Below, one piece after another: positions 43,339-53,597 of a DNA stretch of 64,000 bases. Source of the DNA: Lignipirellula cremea. GTDB lineage: Bacteria; Planctomycetota; Planctomycetia; Pirellulales; Pirellulaceae. The position numbers were made by a program, and so were the translations under genes. The notes beneath the pieces were generated by a model. That model had not been told where the DNA came from and did not search any database. It was given only the letters and a program-made list of their open reading frames with translations. The first letter of the stretch is position 1. Each line of letters begins with the position of its first letter. The stretch is taken from positions 712,437 to 776,436 of the forward strand of contig NZ_CP036433.1 of assembly GCF_007751035.1 (NCBI RefSeq), written 5' to 3'.

Positions 43339-44121
43339 ATGCAGGAGTTGAGCATGCCGGAAGTGAAGAAGTCGACCGTCCCCAATCTGCAGCGAGGGAT
43401 GGCCATCCTGGAGTACCTGGCGGGCGGACAACGGTGCGCGACGATTGCCGAACTGTCGGAGCGGCTGGGGTATCCGTCGGCGTCGGTGTTCCGCATTACC
43501 CAGGAACTGACGGAGCTGGGCTACCTGTCGCGGGACGCAGCCAGTCGGCGGTTCAGCCTGACGAACAAGTTCCTGCTGCTGGGACAGCCGCAAGGCGACG
43601 ACCGCGGGCTGGTGGAAGCGGCCCTGCCGGCGCTCCGTGGCCTGCGCAAGGCGACCGGCGAAACGACCCAGCTCTGCTGCCTGGTCGAAACCGAGAACGT
43701 GGTGCTGGAACAGCTGCTGTCGATCCACCCTTTCAAGTACTCGGCCGAACTGGGCGCCCGCTGCCCCGCGTACAGCTGCGCGCCAGGCAAGGCGATCCTG
43801 GCGAACCTGCCGGCGGACGAACGGGAAGAGCGGCTCACCCGGCTGCGCTTCAAGCGGTTCACGGCGACCACGATCACCGACCGGAAAGCGTTCCGCCAGG
43901 AGCTGGAGGAGATCGTCGCTGTCGGTTACGCCCTGGACCGGGGCGAAGGGTTGGAAGGGATCCACTGCGTCGCCGCCGCCATTCGCGACCGGAACGGCTT
44001 CCCCGTCGGCGCTTTGACGATCGCCGGGCCATCTTCCCGCATTCCCCCCAGCGAGTTCCCGCAACTGGGCCAGATCCTGGCCACAGCCGCCAGCGACGCC
44101 GAAGCCCGTTACGGCGTTTGA
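43339..44121 (+). CDS. IclR-family transcriptional regulator
   Basis: N-terminal helix-turn-helix (GMAILEYLAGGQRCATIAELSERLGYPSASVFRITQELTELGYL) and C-terminal IclR effector domain. Confidence 0.75.
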   Translation: MQELSMPEVKKSTVPNLQRGMAILEYLAGGQRCATIAELSERLGYPSASVFRITQELTELGYLSRDAASRRFSLTNKFLLLGQPQGDDRGLVEAALPALRGLRKATGETTQLCCLVETENVVLEQLLSIHPFKYSAELGARCPAYSCAPGKAILANLPADEREERLTRLRFKRFTATTITDRKAFRQELEEIVAVGYALDRGEGLEGIHCVAAAIRDRNGFPVGALTIAGPSSRIPPSEFPQLGQILATAASDAEARYGV

Positions 44122-44174
44122 GCAGCGAGGGAAGCGACTAACGACGAACCGCCGATCAGGCAGGAGCCTTTCCT

Positions 44175-47100
44175 ATGAAACCTATCGTCGTCCGGCGAAT
44201 GATCCTCCCGCTGGCATGGCTGTTCGCCCTGTCTCCCGTCCTCGCCCCGGCCGCGTCGCCGGAGCAGCTGGATTTCTTTGAGAAGAAGATTCGGCCCGTG
44301 CTGGTGCAGCACTGCCATGCGTGCCACAACAGCCAGGGGAAAAAGAAGGGCGGCCTGGCTGTCGATCATCGAGCCGCCCTGCTGGCCGGCGGGGATTCCG
44401 GCGCGGCGATCGTCGCCGGCAAACCGAAAGAAAGCCTGCTGATCCAGGCGCTGCGGCACGAAGGCGGCTACGAAATGCCAGCCCAGGCTCCGCCGCTGGC
44501 GCAGGCCGTGATCCGCGACTTCGAACGCTGGGTCAGCGATGGCGCAGCGGATCCCCGTGTCGATCCGCCGCCAGCAGGCGCCGTCGTGCAGGCCGCGCCG
44601 TGGGAGCAGTTGCGGGAAGAACGGAAGCAGTGGTGGGCCTTCCAGCCGCTGCGCGACGTGGCTCCGCCCCAGGTCGACAACGCCGACTGGTCGCACACCG
44701 CGATCGACCGGATGCTCTTCGATGCGATGCAGCGACAGGGTTTGACACCGGAAGCAGAAGCGGCGCCGGAGGTCCTGGTCCGGCGGTTGCACCTGGTGCT
44801 GACCGGCCTGCCGCCGCAGCCCGAGGTAATCCAGGCGTACGTCGCGGACCCGACGCCCCAGGCGTATCTCGCGATGGTGGATCGTCTGCTGGCTTCGCCG
44901 GCGTTCGGCGAGCGCTGGGCCCGGCACTGGATGGACTGGTATCGCTATGCCGAATCGCACGGCAGCGAGCGCGACCCCCGTATCCCGTATGCCTCGCAGT
45001 ACCGCGATTACCTGGTCAGGGCGCTCAACGCCGATGTGCCTTACAACCAGTTGCTGCGTGAGCACCTGGCCGGCGACCTGCTGCCGGAGCCGCGTATCAA
45101 CCGGGAGCTGGCGATCAACGAATCGGCCATCGGCCCGGCCCACCTGCGGATGACGCCGCATGGTTTTGGCGTGACCGATGCGTATGGCGAGCAGATCGCC
45201 TTTACCGATAACCAGATCGACGTCCTGTCCAAAGCGATGCTGGGGGTGACCGTCTCTTGCGCCCGTTGCCATCATCATAAATTCGATCCGATCAGTCAGC
45301 AGGACTTTTACCGCTTCTATGGGCTGCTCCTCAGCGCGCGGCCGTCGACCGTGCTGATCGACTCCCCAGAGAAACTGCAGACGAACCGGCAGGCGATGCT
45401 CATGCTCAAGAGCCAGATCCGCGGCGCCCTGGCCGAACACTGGCTGGGCCAGACGAACGACCTGCCGGACTGGCTGGAGAAGAACGCCGCAACGTTCGCC
45501 GAGCAGCGTCATCCGAGCCAGCCGCTGGGAACCTGGACGCTCCTGCAGGACGTTCGGCCCGACGCCTTTGCGGCGCGCGTCGTCGCCCTGCAGAACCAGC
45601 TGCAGCAGCTGCATGAGGCGAACGCCCAGGCGATTGACCAGGCGGCGTTCTATGTCGACCTGCGGGATCCAGCGAGCGCCGATCAGTGGTTCGTCCGTGG
45701 CAACGGCACGGCCGACCGGGTGAGTCCGGCCGGTTCGTTCGCGCTGCATCCGAGCGGCGAGCTGGCGGTTCGCGGCGTCTATCCGCGGGGCATTTATTCG
45801 CATCTGCTCTCCGACAAGCACGCCAGCGTGTTCGGCACCCGCAGCTTCCGCGCCCAGGGCCAAGCGACGCAGGTTCGTATCGCCGGCCGCGATGCGCAGC
45901 TTAAGGTTCCGGTGCGGAATTATCCGCTGACCGCAGGGCTGCATCGGGCCAGCCAGGTGAATCAGGAGCAGCTGGCCTGGGTCCCCACGCAGGAAAAATG
46001 GAAGTACTGGCAAGGCGATTTGGTCCACTACGAGCTTGCCACCGATCCCGACAAACTGCCGCAGGCCGGCAACAAGGAGCGGTCCTGGTTCGGCATCGCC
46101 GAGATCTACGCCGGTGAGCGTCCGCCGCAAGCGACCGGCGGGCCGTTGCTGGAACTGCTCGACGACCCGACGTCCCTGGTCGATCGCACGTCGCTGGGGA
46201 AAGCGTACGCCCGGACGCTTCGTGAGGCCGTGATCGCCTGGCGAGAAGAGCAGATGACCGACGCCCAGGCCGAGTTTCTCGATGCGTTCGTGCAGATCGG
46301 CTTTCTCACCAACCAGACGGCCCGGCTGCCTCCGTCGCTGCGACAGTCGCTGGCTCGGTATCGTGAGTTAGAAAGCCAAATCCCCACGCCAACCAGGGCG
46401 CCTGGCGTGCTGGAAACGGCGCCGGTCGACCAGCCGCTGCTGGTGCGGGGCGATCCACGGCAGGAAGCAGAGCCCGTGCCGCGGCAGTTCCTGGAAGTCT
46501 TCGGCGGCGAACCTTATACGGGCAAGGTTCCGGCCCGGCTGCAGCTGGCGGACGAACTGGTCAGCGAGGCGAACACGTTGAAGACTCGCGTGCTGGTCAA
46601 CCGGCTCTGGGCGTACGTTTTTGGCCGCGGGCTGGCGGCGTCGACCGACAACCTGGGGCGGCTGGGTTCCGCGCCGTCACACCCGGAACTGCTCGACCAT
46701 CTGGCTCTCGACCTGGAGCAGAACGACTGGTCGATCAAAAGGGCGTTGCGGCAAATGACGACCAGCCGCGCGTTCCGTTCCGCCAGCCAGGCGTCTCCCG
46801 CGTCCCGCGAGCAGGATCCGGCCAACGTGTACCTGTCCCATTACACGCCCCGGCGACTCGATGCGGAGGCCATCTATGATTCGGTCCAGCAGCTGGCCGG
46901 CCGCACGGAGCGGGCCCTTTATCTGCCGGTCGTTCGTAATTCGCTCAACCCGTTTTTGACGACCTTCAACGCGCCCGTTCCGTCGTCGACCGTCAGCCAG
47001 CGGACCCACACGAACGTACCGGCGCAGGCGCTGGCGATGATGAACGGCCCCCTGGTCGAAGCCGCCGCGGAAAGCTGGGCCGGTCGCATCCAGCGCGATT

Positions 47101-48224
47101 CCCGTCTGGCGACGCCGTCCCAAAAGATCACCGCTATGGTCTGGCAAGCTTACGGCAGGGCTCCAACCGAAGAGGAGCTGAAACTGCTGCTGGCGTACCA
47201 GGCCGGCGATTTCGACCCGCAGGACGAACTGGCCGAGCGGCTCGCAGAGAAGGACACGGCGACCAGGCGACTGGCCGCATTGCGGCAGGCCCGCGATGCG
47301 GTCCTGGCTCCGGTGCGGCAGCGGCTGCAGGCGGAAGTTGACGAACGGAACGCGGCCCGCCAGGCCGATGCGCCGGCTCCGGTCGACCTTCAGCCGATCG
47401 CCTGGTGGGACTTTGAAAAGGACGCCCGCGATCAGATCGGTCCGATGCACGGCCAGCTGCTGGGAGACGCCCGGATTGAAGACGGCGCCCTGGTGCTGGC
47501 CGGCGGTTGCCTGGTGACGGCCCCGAGCGGGCAGGCCCTGCAGGCGAAGTCGCTGGAGGTGCTGCTGCAGCTGGATCGCCTGGACCAGCGCGGCGGCGGG
47601 GCCATGTCGCTGCAGACGAAAGACGGCCAGGCGTTCGACGCGATCGTCTATGCCGAGCAACGGGCCGCGACCTGGCTGGCCGGCAGCGACTTCTTTCGGC
47701 GCACGCAGCTCCTCACCGGCCCGGCCGAGAAGGAGGCCGTCGATCAGCCGGTGCGACTGCTGTTCGCCTACGACGCTGACGGTACGATTCGCACGTACCG
47801 GAATGGCAAGCCTTACGCGGCTCCGTATCGTAAAGCAGGTCTCCGCCGCTTTCCCCCGGGGGAAGCGCATGTCGCCTTTGGGTTGCGTCATGGATCCGCC
47901 CCTGCGCCCGGCCGGATGCTGACAGGGCGAATCCTGGAAGCGCGGCTGTACGATCGGGCGCTGACGGCCGAAGAAGCGGCCGCCGCCTCGACCGGCCTGC
48001 TGCGGGAAACGGTATCCGAGGCCCAGCTGCTGGCCGCGCTGACGGAAGACCAGCGCCAGGAGCTGGCGCGGCAGGCAGGGCCGCTGGCCGAACAGGAACA
48101 GGCGGTCGCTGAACTGGCTCGCCAGGTGCAGGAACTGCAGGAACGTCAGCGCCGGCCGCAAAGCGATTACTTCGGCGTGGCGCACGCTCTGCTCAACTCC
48201 CAGGAGTTTATCTATGTCGATTAA
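44175..48224 (+). CDS. PSCyt1/PSCyt2(DUF1549)/PSD1(DUF1553) family protein with an inserted LamG-like domain
   Basis: Signal peptide. N-terminal CHACHN. CARCHHHKFDPISQQDFYRFYGLL DUF1549 core. C-terminal DUF1553-like region. Immediately followed by a DUF1501 gene, the typical Planctomycete pair. Confidence 0.75.
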   Translation: MKPIVVRRMILPLAWLFALSPVLAPAASPEQLDFFEKKIRPVLVQHCHACHNSQGKKKGGLAVDHRAALLAGGDSGAAIVAGKPKESLLIQALRHEGGYEMPAQAPPLAQAVIRDFERWVSDGAADPRVDPPPAGAVVQAAPWEQLREERKQWWAFQPLRDVAPPQVDNADWSHTAIDRMLFDAMQRQGLTPEAEAAPEVLVRRLHLVLTGLPPQPEVIQAYVADPTPQAYLAMVDRLLASPAFGERWARHWMDWYRYAESHGSERDPRIPYASQYRDYLVRALNADVPYNQLLREHLAGDLLPEPRINRELAINESAIGPAHLRMTPHGFGVTDAYGEQIAFTDNQIDVLSKAMLGVTVSCARCHHHKFDPISQQDFYRFYGLLLSARPSTVLIDSPEKLQTNRQAMLMLKSQIRGALAEHWLGQTNDLPDWLEKNAATFAEQRHPSQPLGTWTLLQDVRPDAFAARVVALQNQLQQLHEANAQAIDQAAFYVDLRDPASADQWFVRGNGTADRVSPAGSFALHPSGELAVRGVYPRGIYSHLLSDKHASVFGTRSFRAQGQATQVRIAGRDAQLKVPVRNYPLTAGLHRASQVNQEQLAWVPTQEKWKYWQGDLVHYELATDPDKLPQAGNKERSWFGIAEIYAGERPPQATGGPLLELLDDPTSLVDRTSLGKAYARTLREAVIAWREEQMTDAQAEFLDAFVQIGFLTNQTARLPPSLRQSLARYRELESQIPTPTRAPGVLETAPVDQPLLVRGDPRQEAEPVPRQFLEVFGGEPYTGKVPARLQLADELVSEANTLKTRVLVNRLWAYVFGRGLAASTDNLGRLGSAPSHPELLDHLALDLEQNDWSIKRALRQMTTSRAFRSASQASPASREQDPANVYLSHYTPRRLDAEAIYDSVQQLAGRTERALYLPVVRNSLNPFLTTFNAPVPSSTVSQRTHTNVPAQALAMMNGPLVEAAAESWAGRIQRDSRLATPSQKITAMVWQAYGRAPTEEELKLLLAYQAGDFDPQDELAERLAEKDTATRRLAALRQARDAVLAPVRQRLQAEVDERNAARQADAPAPVDLQPIAWWDFEKDARDQIGPMHGQLLGDARIEDGALVLAGGCLVTAPSGQALQAKSLEVLLQLDRLDQRGGGAMSLQTKDGQAFDAIVYAEQRAATWLAGSDFFRRTQLLTGPAEKEAVDQPVRLLFAYDADGTIRTYRNGKPYAAPYRKAGLRRFPPGEAHVAFGLRHGSAPAPGRMLTGRILEARLYDRALTAEEAAAASTGLLRETVSEAQLLAALTEDQRQELARQAGPLAEQEQAVAELARQVQELQERQRRPQSDYFGVAHALLNSQEFIYVD

Positions 48225-49626
48225 CGAACAGAACCGGCGCCGCTTCCTGCAGTACACGTCGGCCGGCGTTAGCGCCTACGCACTGTCGAGCCTGCTCCAT
48301 TCGACCAGGGCGGCGCCGATCGGGCTGCCGCAACTGCATCATCCGGCCAAGGCAAAGTCGGTCATCTTGCTGTATATGTCAGGCGGCGTGTCGCATGTCG
48401 ATTCGTTCGATCCCAAACCCTTGCTCACGCAGATGCAGGGCAAGCCGATGCCCGGCAAGATCGAGCGCACGCAGTTCGACGCCGTGGGGAACATCCTGGG
48501 ATCGCCCTGGAAGACGGACCGCTATGGCCAGTCGGGATTGGAGCTGGCCGGCCTGTTCCCCCGCATCTGCAACCGGGCCGACGACCTTGCCGTGGTCCGC
48601 TCCATGACGGCCAACTTTTCGGAGCATGCCCAGGCGAACTTCTTTCTGCATACGGGCTTTCCCTTTCTGGGCCATCCGAGCGCAGGCGCCTGGATCGCTT
48701 ACGGGCTGGGGGCCGAGAACCCGACCTTGCCGCCGTATGTCGTGCTGCGAACCCAGCAGGCCGGCATCCCGCATGGCGGCGTTAGTATGTTCGGCAACGG
48801 CTTTCTTCCGGCGGCAGCCGGTGGTTCGATCTTCAATCTGTCGGGCCGCAGCGCCGTGCCCAACCTGGCCCCGCGCAGGGCCCAGGCCGAACAACGGGAG
48901 GCGCTGCGACTGCTGAAAACGCTCGATACGCGGTTTGCCGATCGCGTCGCAGCCGAACAGGCGGTAAGGGACTCGGTGAAGAATGCCGAGACAGCCTTTG
49001 CCATGCAACAGGCCGTGCCGGAGCTGACGGATATCTCGGGCGAATCGCAAGCGACGCTGGACCTGTACGGCGTGGAAAGCCAGAACCCGCACACTTCGCA
49101 GTACGCCCGGCAATGCCTGATGGCACGGCGCCTGGTGGAGCGGGGCGTGCGGTGCGTCGAGCTGACCTGCAGTTCCGTCGGCATCGGCCTGGGCGGCGGG
49201 GCAAATCCGTGGGACCAGCACGCCGATATTTTCAAAGGGCACGGAGCAATGGCCGAACAGGTCGATCAACCGATCGCGGCCCTGCTGCAGGATCTGAAAC
49301 AGCGGGACATGCTCGACAGCACGCTGGTCGTTTTCACCGGCGAGTTCGGCCGCACGCCGTTCGCCCAGGGGAACGGCCGCGATCATAACCCGTTCGGCTT
49401 CAGCCTGTGGCTGGCCGGCGGCGGCTTGCGGGGCGGCATGACGCACGGCGCGACGGACGAGTTCGGCTATCACGCCGTCGAACAGCCCGTCACGGTCTAC
49501 GATCTGTGGGCGACCGTGCTGCACCAGCTGGGGATCGATCACGAGCGGTTAACGTACCGCTACAGCGGCCGCGACATGCGTCTCACCGACGTGCACGGTA
49601 ACGTCTGGAAAGAGCTGATCGCTTAA
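48214..49626 (+). CDS. DUF1501 protein (sulfatase-like fold, Tat signal)
   Basis: Twin-arginine signal RRRFLQYTSAGVSAYAL and DUF1501-wide similarity. Confidence 0.8.
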   Translation: MSINEQNRRRFLQYTSAGVSAYALSSLLHSTRAAPIGLPQLHHPAKAKSVILLYMSGGVSHVDSFDPKPLLTQMQGKPMPGKIERTQFDAVGNILGSPWKTDRYGQSGLELAGLFPRICNRADDLAVVRSMTANFSEHAQANFFLHTGFPFLGHPSAGAWIAYGLGAENPTLPPYVVLRTQQAGIPHGGVSMFGNGFLPAAAGGSIFNLSGRSAVPNLAPRRAQAEQREALRLLKTLDTRFADRVAAEQAVRDSVKNAETAFAMQQAVPELTDISGESQATLDLYGVESQNPHTSQYARQCLMARRLVERGVRCVELTCSSVGIGLGGGANPWDQHADIFKGHGAMAEQVDQPIAALLQDLKQRDMLDSTLVVFTGEFGRTPFAQGNGRDHNPFGFSLWLAGGGLRGGMTHGATDEFGYHAVEQPVTVYDLWATVLHQLGIDHERLTYRYSGRDMRLTDVHGNVWKELIA

Positions 49627-49653
49627 GCGCCACGCCTGTCGATCGCTGCCGCC

Positions 49654-50103
49654 TTAGTCGGGCTGGCTCGGCTCCTGCGGACGCGGCGTCCAGGTCAGGA
49701 CGAGCGGATAGGCGAGGATCGGAATCAAGAGACAGCCGAGGACGAACGAGGGAACGTCCCAGAACCGGGCGAGAGAAAAAAGGACACTTAAACAAGTCAC
49801 ATAAACCAGCAGATGCCGCAGGCCGTAAGGTTTTGCATACGAATGTCGGTTAATGCTTTTTGACAAGTGATAGCACCAGAAACAGGCCGCCAGCGTCGCG
49901 ATCAGCACATGCGCCGCCAGGATCGTCTGGTGATACCGTAGCGACTCGTCGATGTCGCCCAGGACATAGAGCGTGGCCAGTATGGTCAGGGACTTGCCCG
50001 AGAGCGGTCCCACGGGGACGAACCAGGGAAAAAGCAGCAGCGCGCCGAAGACGACGACGAAGCAGTACCAGAATGTGGGAACGCGGGGTAAGACACCATT
50101 CAA
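49654..50103 (-). CDS. hypothetical membrane protein
   Basis: 4 predicted helices. Start lies 2 bp after the sulfatase stop on the same strand. Confidence 0.4.
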   Translation of the reverse strand: MNGVLPRVPTFWYCFVVVFGALLLFPWFVPVGPLSGKSLTILATLYVLGDIDESLRYHQTILAAHVLIATLAACFWCYHLSKSINRHSYAKPYGLRHLLVYVTCLSVLFSLARFWDVPSFVLGCLLIPILAYPLVLTWTPRPQEPSQPD

Positions 50104-50104
50104 C

Positions 50105-51577
50105 CTACTTCTCCTTCCGCGCGGCGGCGTTCTTTTCGGCGGTCTGCCAGGCTTCGACTTCCCAGCCGGTGAACGTCTGGCTCAGCACCGGGTCGGCGTT
50201 CCTGGTCGGCAACTGCTCGCGGAACTCGGCCAGTCGGGATTGCTGCCCTGGATCGGCCGCCAGGTTGCTCCATTCGTGCGGATCGGCCTGGTGGTCGTAC
50301 AGCTCTTCGCTGCCGTCGGCGTAGCGGATGTAATGCCAGTCGGTGCTCCGCAATGAATGGCTCTTCGGCCCAAAGGTGGTTAAAGCAGGACGTTCCCAGT
50401 CGGCGGTCGGATCGGCCAGTAACGGCGCCAGGCTTTGGCCGTCGTGATCGGTAATGGGCGGCAGGCCGGTTAGCTGCAGCAGCGTGGGATAGATGTCGAC
50501 CAGTCCCACCGGGCGACCGCAAACCTGGGCGGCCGGTTGCCCGGCTCCGGCGATGATCAGCGGCACGCGGGTGCTGTCGTTCCAGAGCGACCGCTTGGCC
50601 CAGCGCTGCTTTTCGCCCAGGTGCCAGCCATGATCCGAGAACAGCACGACGATCGTGTTCTCCGCGTGGGGGCTCGCCTCAAGCGCCGTCAGCACGCGTC
50701 CCACGCAATGATCGACATACGCCACGCTGGCCAGATACGCTCGCACGGCGTCGTCCCACTGCTCGTGTTCGACGAACCATTCATGCCGCGGGGCCGGCAG
50801 GCCGATCGTCAAATCGAGCGCGTACGGCGGTAAGTCGGCGCGGTCGTCGTCGCGCGTCTCGGGCAGTTTCACTTCATCGGCGGGGAACAGGTCGAACCAC
50901 TTTTGCGGGGCGAACATCGGCACGTGCGGCCGCCAGAAACCAGCGACCAGCAGGAACGGCTTCTCCTGAGGTTCGGCCAGCCGGGCAATGGCCCAGTCGG
51001 CGATCCTGGTGTCGGGCATGTCGGCCTCGTCCGCCGGGAACGGGCCCCAGTCCCACAGTTTCAGGCCGTCGGGATACGCCAGCTTTTGCGGTGGAATCGG
51101 GCCGAAGCCTCCCAGGGCGCCGCCGTGCTGCTGGAAGTACTTCTCTTCGCCGTTCCCTTTGATGAATTTGCCAGCGCCCATCGTGTGGTAGCCGGCTGCA
51201 GCAAAGTGTTCGGGCAGCGTTTGCCGGCTCTTCGTGACGGGCGAAGCAGTCAGTCCGGGCTGCAGGAAGTACAGTCCCGTGGTCGAAGGCAGCAGACCCG
51301 TCACCAGCGAAGCCCGCGACGGCGTGCAGATCGGCGCCTGGCAATGGGCGTTGCTGAACAAGGTTCCCCGCCTGGCCAGTCGATCAATATTCGGAGTACG
51401 GGCCTGCGGATGCCCGCCCAGGCAACCTGTCCAGTCGTTGAGATCATCGATCGACAGGATCAACACATTCGGCCGCTTCCCCGGCTCCGCGGCGCCGGCG
51501 GGACAGACAGGTTGCGTCGCCAAAAAGAAGAGGCTCAACGCCAGACAGGAGAAACAACGAAGGTGCTGGCTCAACAT
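50105..51577 (-). CDS. arylsulfatase-family sulfatase
   Basis: Signal peptide. Sulfatase signature CTPSRASLVTG (C-x-P-x-R formylglycine motif) and metal-binding DDLNDW. Confidence 0.85.
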   Translation of the reverse strand: MLSQHLRCFSCLALSLFFLATQPVCPAGAAEPGKRPNVLILSIDDLNDWTGCLGGHPQARTPNIDRLARRGTLFSNAHCQAPICTPSRASLVTGLLPSTTGLYFLQPGLTASPVTKSRQTLPEHFAAAGYHTMGAGKFIKGNGEEKYFQQHGGALGGFGPIPPQKLAYPDGLKLWDWGPFPADEADMPDTRIADWAIARLAEPQEKPFLLVAGFWRPHVPMFAPQKWFDLFPADEVKLPETRDDDRADLPPYALDLTIGLPAPRHEWFVEHEQWDDAVRAYLASVAYVDHCVGRVLTALEASPHAENTIVVLFSDHGWHLGEKQRWAKRSLWNDSTRVPLIIAGAGQPAAQVCGRPVGLVDIYPTLLQLTGLPPITDHDGQSLAPLLADPTADWERPALTTFGPKSHSLRSTDWHYIRYADGSEELYDHQADPHEWSNLAADPGQQSRLAEFREQLPTRNADPVLSQTFTGWEVEAWQTAEKNAAARKEK

Positions 51578-51680
51578 GCGGAATTCTCATTTCGTCGGAG
51601 GGTGGAAGCGATGGTGCTAGTGTACCGACCACAACCGGCAGAGGAAAACAAACTCTGCGACGACAGGACTCCATGACAAA

Positions 51681-52071
51681 GGAACCGGAGAAAAATAACT
51701 TCGGTGGTTTCCCCAGCCTGGCGGGAATCAGAAGCACGCCATCCACAGGGGCCGTGGCCAAAAATTTCTCACATTCTTCTGGTTCTTTGCGCCTTCGCGC
51801 CTTTGCGTGAGTCCCCATTTCCGCGAGGGAGATTTTTGAATCCGCTCCCTTTTATCTTCCAGCCATTCAAAGACGGTTTGGCGATTCGATCACGAAGTGG
51901 ATCTCACGCAAAGGCGCGAAGGCGCAAAGGAGAGGTCGGCAGAGGACCATCGTGGATGAAGCTGGCCAGGATGCGTCCACTCACATACTTCATGGCGTGA
52001 TCTCAAGCAGGATTGCTATTTTGAAGGTACTTCGTGTTCTACAAAAACCGAAGTTGTTTTTGCTTCGTTCC
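51681..52071. mobile_element. MITE-like 391-bp element (copy 2), terminal repeats related to copy 1, nested 23-bp perfect inverted repeat
   Basis: Terminal repeats GGAACCGGAGAAAAATAACTTCGGT / ACCGAAGTTGTTTTTGCTTCGTTCC. Internal perfect inverted repeat TGCGCCTTCGCGCCTTTGCGTGA (51788-51810) / TCACGCAAAGGCGCGAAGGCGCA (51904-51926). Flanked by AAA. Confidence 0.55.
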
Positions 52072-52107
52072 AAAACGCCGTGAGCATCCTCCTATGGCGT
52101 TTTCGAT

Positions 52108-52662
52108 TCACTGCGCAGAGCGGCTTGAGTCGCCTGGGGTCGGAGGGTCAGCCGATTCGCCCAGACTGAAGAACACGGAAGCGGCTGCATAGAGCGCGGG
52201 AAACAGGGCGGCCATTGCCAGGCGGCCGAACTCGAAAGGATCGGAAGTATAGGTTCGCGGCCCCAGATCGAACAGGTTCGTCATGATCACCATGAAAATC
52301 ACGCCGAGGATCGTCGCACCCCCGACGCGGATCATCGTTCGCAACAGCCCCGGAAACTTGTCGGGCGTGTAGTTGACCAGTCCCGACAGTCCCAGGACCA
52401 GCTCGCAACCAAAGCAGGGAGGAAACAACAGATCTCGGAAACTCGACCGGCTCCATACGTTCAAGAGGAATTGAGAGAGACCATGGAAAGTCCGCAGTTC
52501 GACGTTCCGCGCCATGGCCAGGGCGGCGATGGCTCCCACCGCCACCACATAGCCGAACGCCGCCAGCAGCAAGCCCGCCGCGATTCCGCGCAACAGGCTG
52601 GCCTTTCGCCGCCGGACCGGCCTGACGCCGTCAGGCACAGGGGTTTGATACGGATTCAACAA
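52108..52662 (-). CDS. hypothetical membrane protein
   Basis: Hydrophobic helices; no recognisable family. Confidence 0.4.
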   Translation of the reverse strand: MLNPYQTPVPDGVRPVRRRKASLLRGIAAGLLLAAFGYVVAVGAIAALAMARNVELRTFHGLSQFLLNVWSRSSFRDLLFPPCFGCELVLGLSGLVNYTPDKFPGLLRTMIRVGGATILGVIFMVIMTNLFDLGPRTYTSDPFEFGRLAMAALFPALYAAASVFFSLGESADPPTPGDSSRSAQ

Positions 52663-52694
52663 CGGCCGATTCTCCCGTCATTACTTCGTCGACG

Positions 52695-53429
52695 TTACTC
52701 CTCGTCGCCGATTTCGCCGGCCGTGATGACGTCGTCTTCGGGATCGAGCGTCAGCACCAGGCCGCGGAACTGGACTTCCTGCGGAACCTTGTTGGAATGC
52801 AGCTGCAGGCCGATCGGGCCGGAGCCGCACAGTTCGGGCTTGGGGTCGGTCCAGTCGGCGACGACGATGCCGTTGACCACATGGCGAATCCGGTTGCCGA
52901 TCGCCAGGATCTCCATCCGGTTCCATTCATGCTGCTTGCCGGCCTTTTTGGCCACGCCGTCGGCGTCGCGGTAGATGCTGTTCCGGCGGTACAGATCGTA
53001 AAAGCCATAGCCCGAGGGGAACATCACCAGGTGGCCCTGGTAGCTGTACGGGTCGTCGGATTTTTCGACCGTTTGTCCCCAGAGCGAAACGCCGGTGTGC
53101 ATTTCGCTGGTGACCAGTTTGCCTTCAAAGATCAGGCGGAAGTTGCGGTACTTGTCTTTGGTGACCAGATAGGTGCTGGCGGCGGGGGCGTTCTCCGCAC
53201 TGTTGCGGCCGACGATGGCGCCGTCTTCCACGCTCCAGTGCCGGTCGATCTGGCCTTCCCAGCCGGTCAGGTCCTTGCCGTTAAACAGAAAGATCGGCTT
53301 CTCGCTTTTCGGCAAGCGTTCGATCTGCTGGCGGGACCAGTCGTCCGCCGGTTCCGCCGCGGTTGCAGCCGGCAGGAAGGAACAAAGGGCAACACCACAA
53401 AACGCAAGACAGGCCAGGCGAGTCAGCAT
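52695..53429 (-). CDS. DUF1080 / 3-keto-disaccharide hydrolase-like secreted protein
   Basis: Signal peptide MLTRLACLAFCGVALCS. GWEGQ..HWSVEDGAIVG and GLQLH motifs shared with the 1846-2628 protein. Confidence 0.7.
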   Translation of the reverse strand: MLTRLACLAFCGVALCSFLPAATAAEPADDWSRQQIERLPKSEKPIFLFNGKDLTGWEGQIDRHWSVEDGAIVGRNSAENAPAASTYLVTKDKYRNFRLIFEGKLVTSEMHTGVSLWGQTVEKSDDPYSYQGHLVMFPSGYGFYDLYRRNSIYRDADGVAKKAGKQHEWNRMEILAIGNRIRHVVNGIVVADWTDPKPELCGSGPIGLQLHSNKVPQEVQFRGLVLTLDPEDDVITAGEIGDEE

Positions 53430-53597
53430 GGCGACCTCCAGGTGAGAGTTCTTCGGAAAGCAGGCGATGGGGGCGAAACGAACGTTTCGCACGCCCACAT
53501 GATACCACCGCGGAAATGGCGAGGGGGAAAATGCCGCTCGCGATTTGGCATTTGCCGCGGGTCGCTGGCGAGGAGGAAACGTCGCCTCCCGGGGAGG

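Noticed and set aside
44109-48257. 673-aa and 526-aa minus-strand ORFs
   Set aside because: Antisense to the DUF1549/DUF1553 gene; Arg/Gly-rich artefacts of high GC.
51704-52000. 98-aa ORF inside the 391-bp MITE
   Set aside because: It lies entirely within a palindromic non-autonomous element and crosses the perfect 23-bp inverted repeat. No start context or homology.
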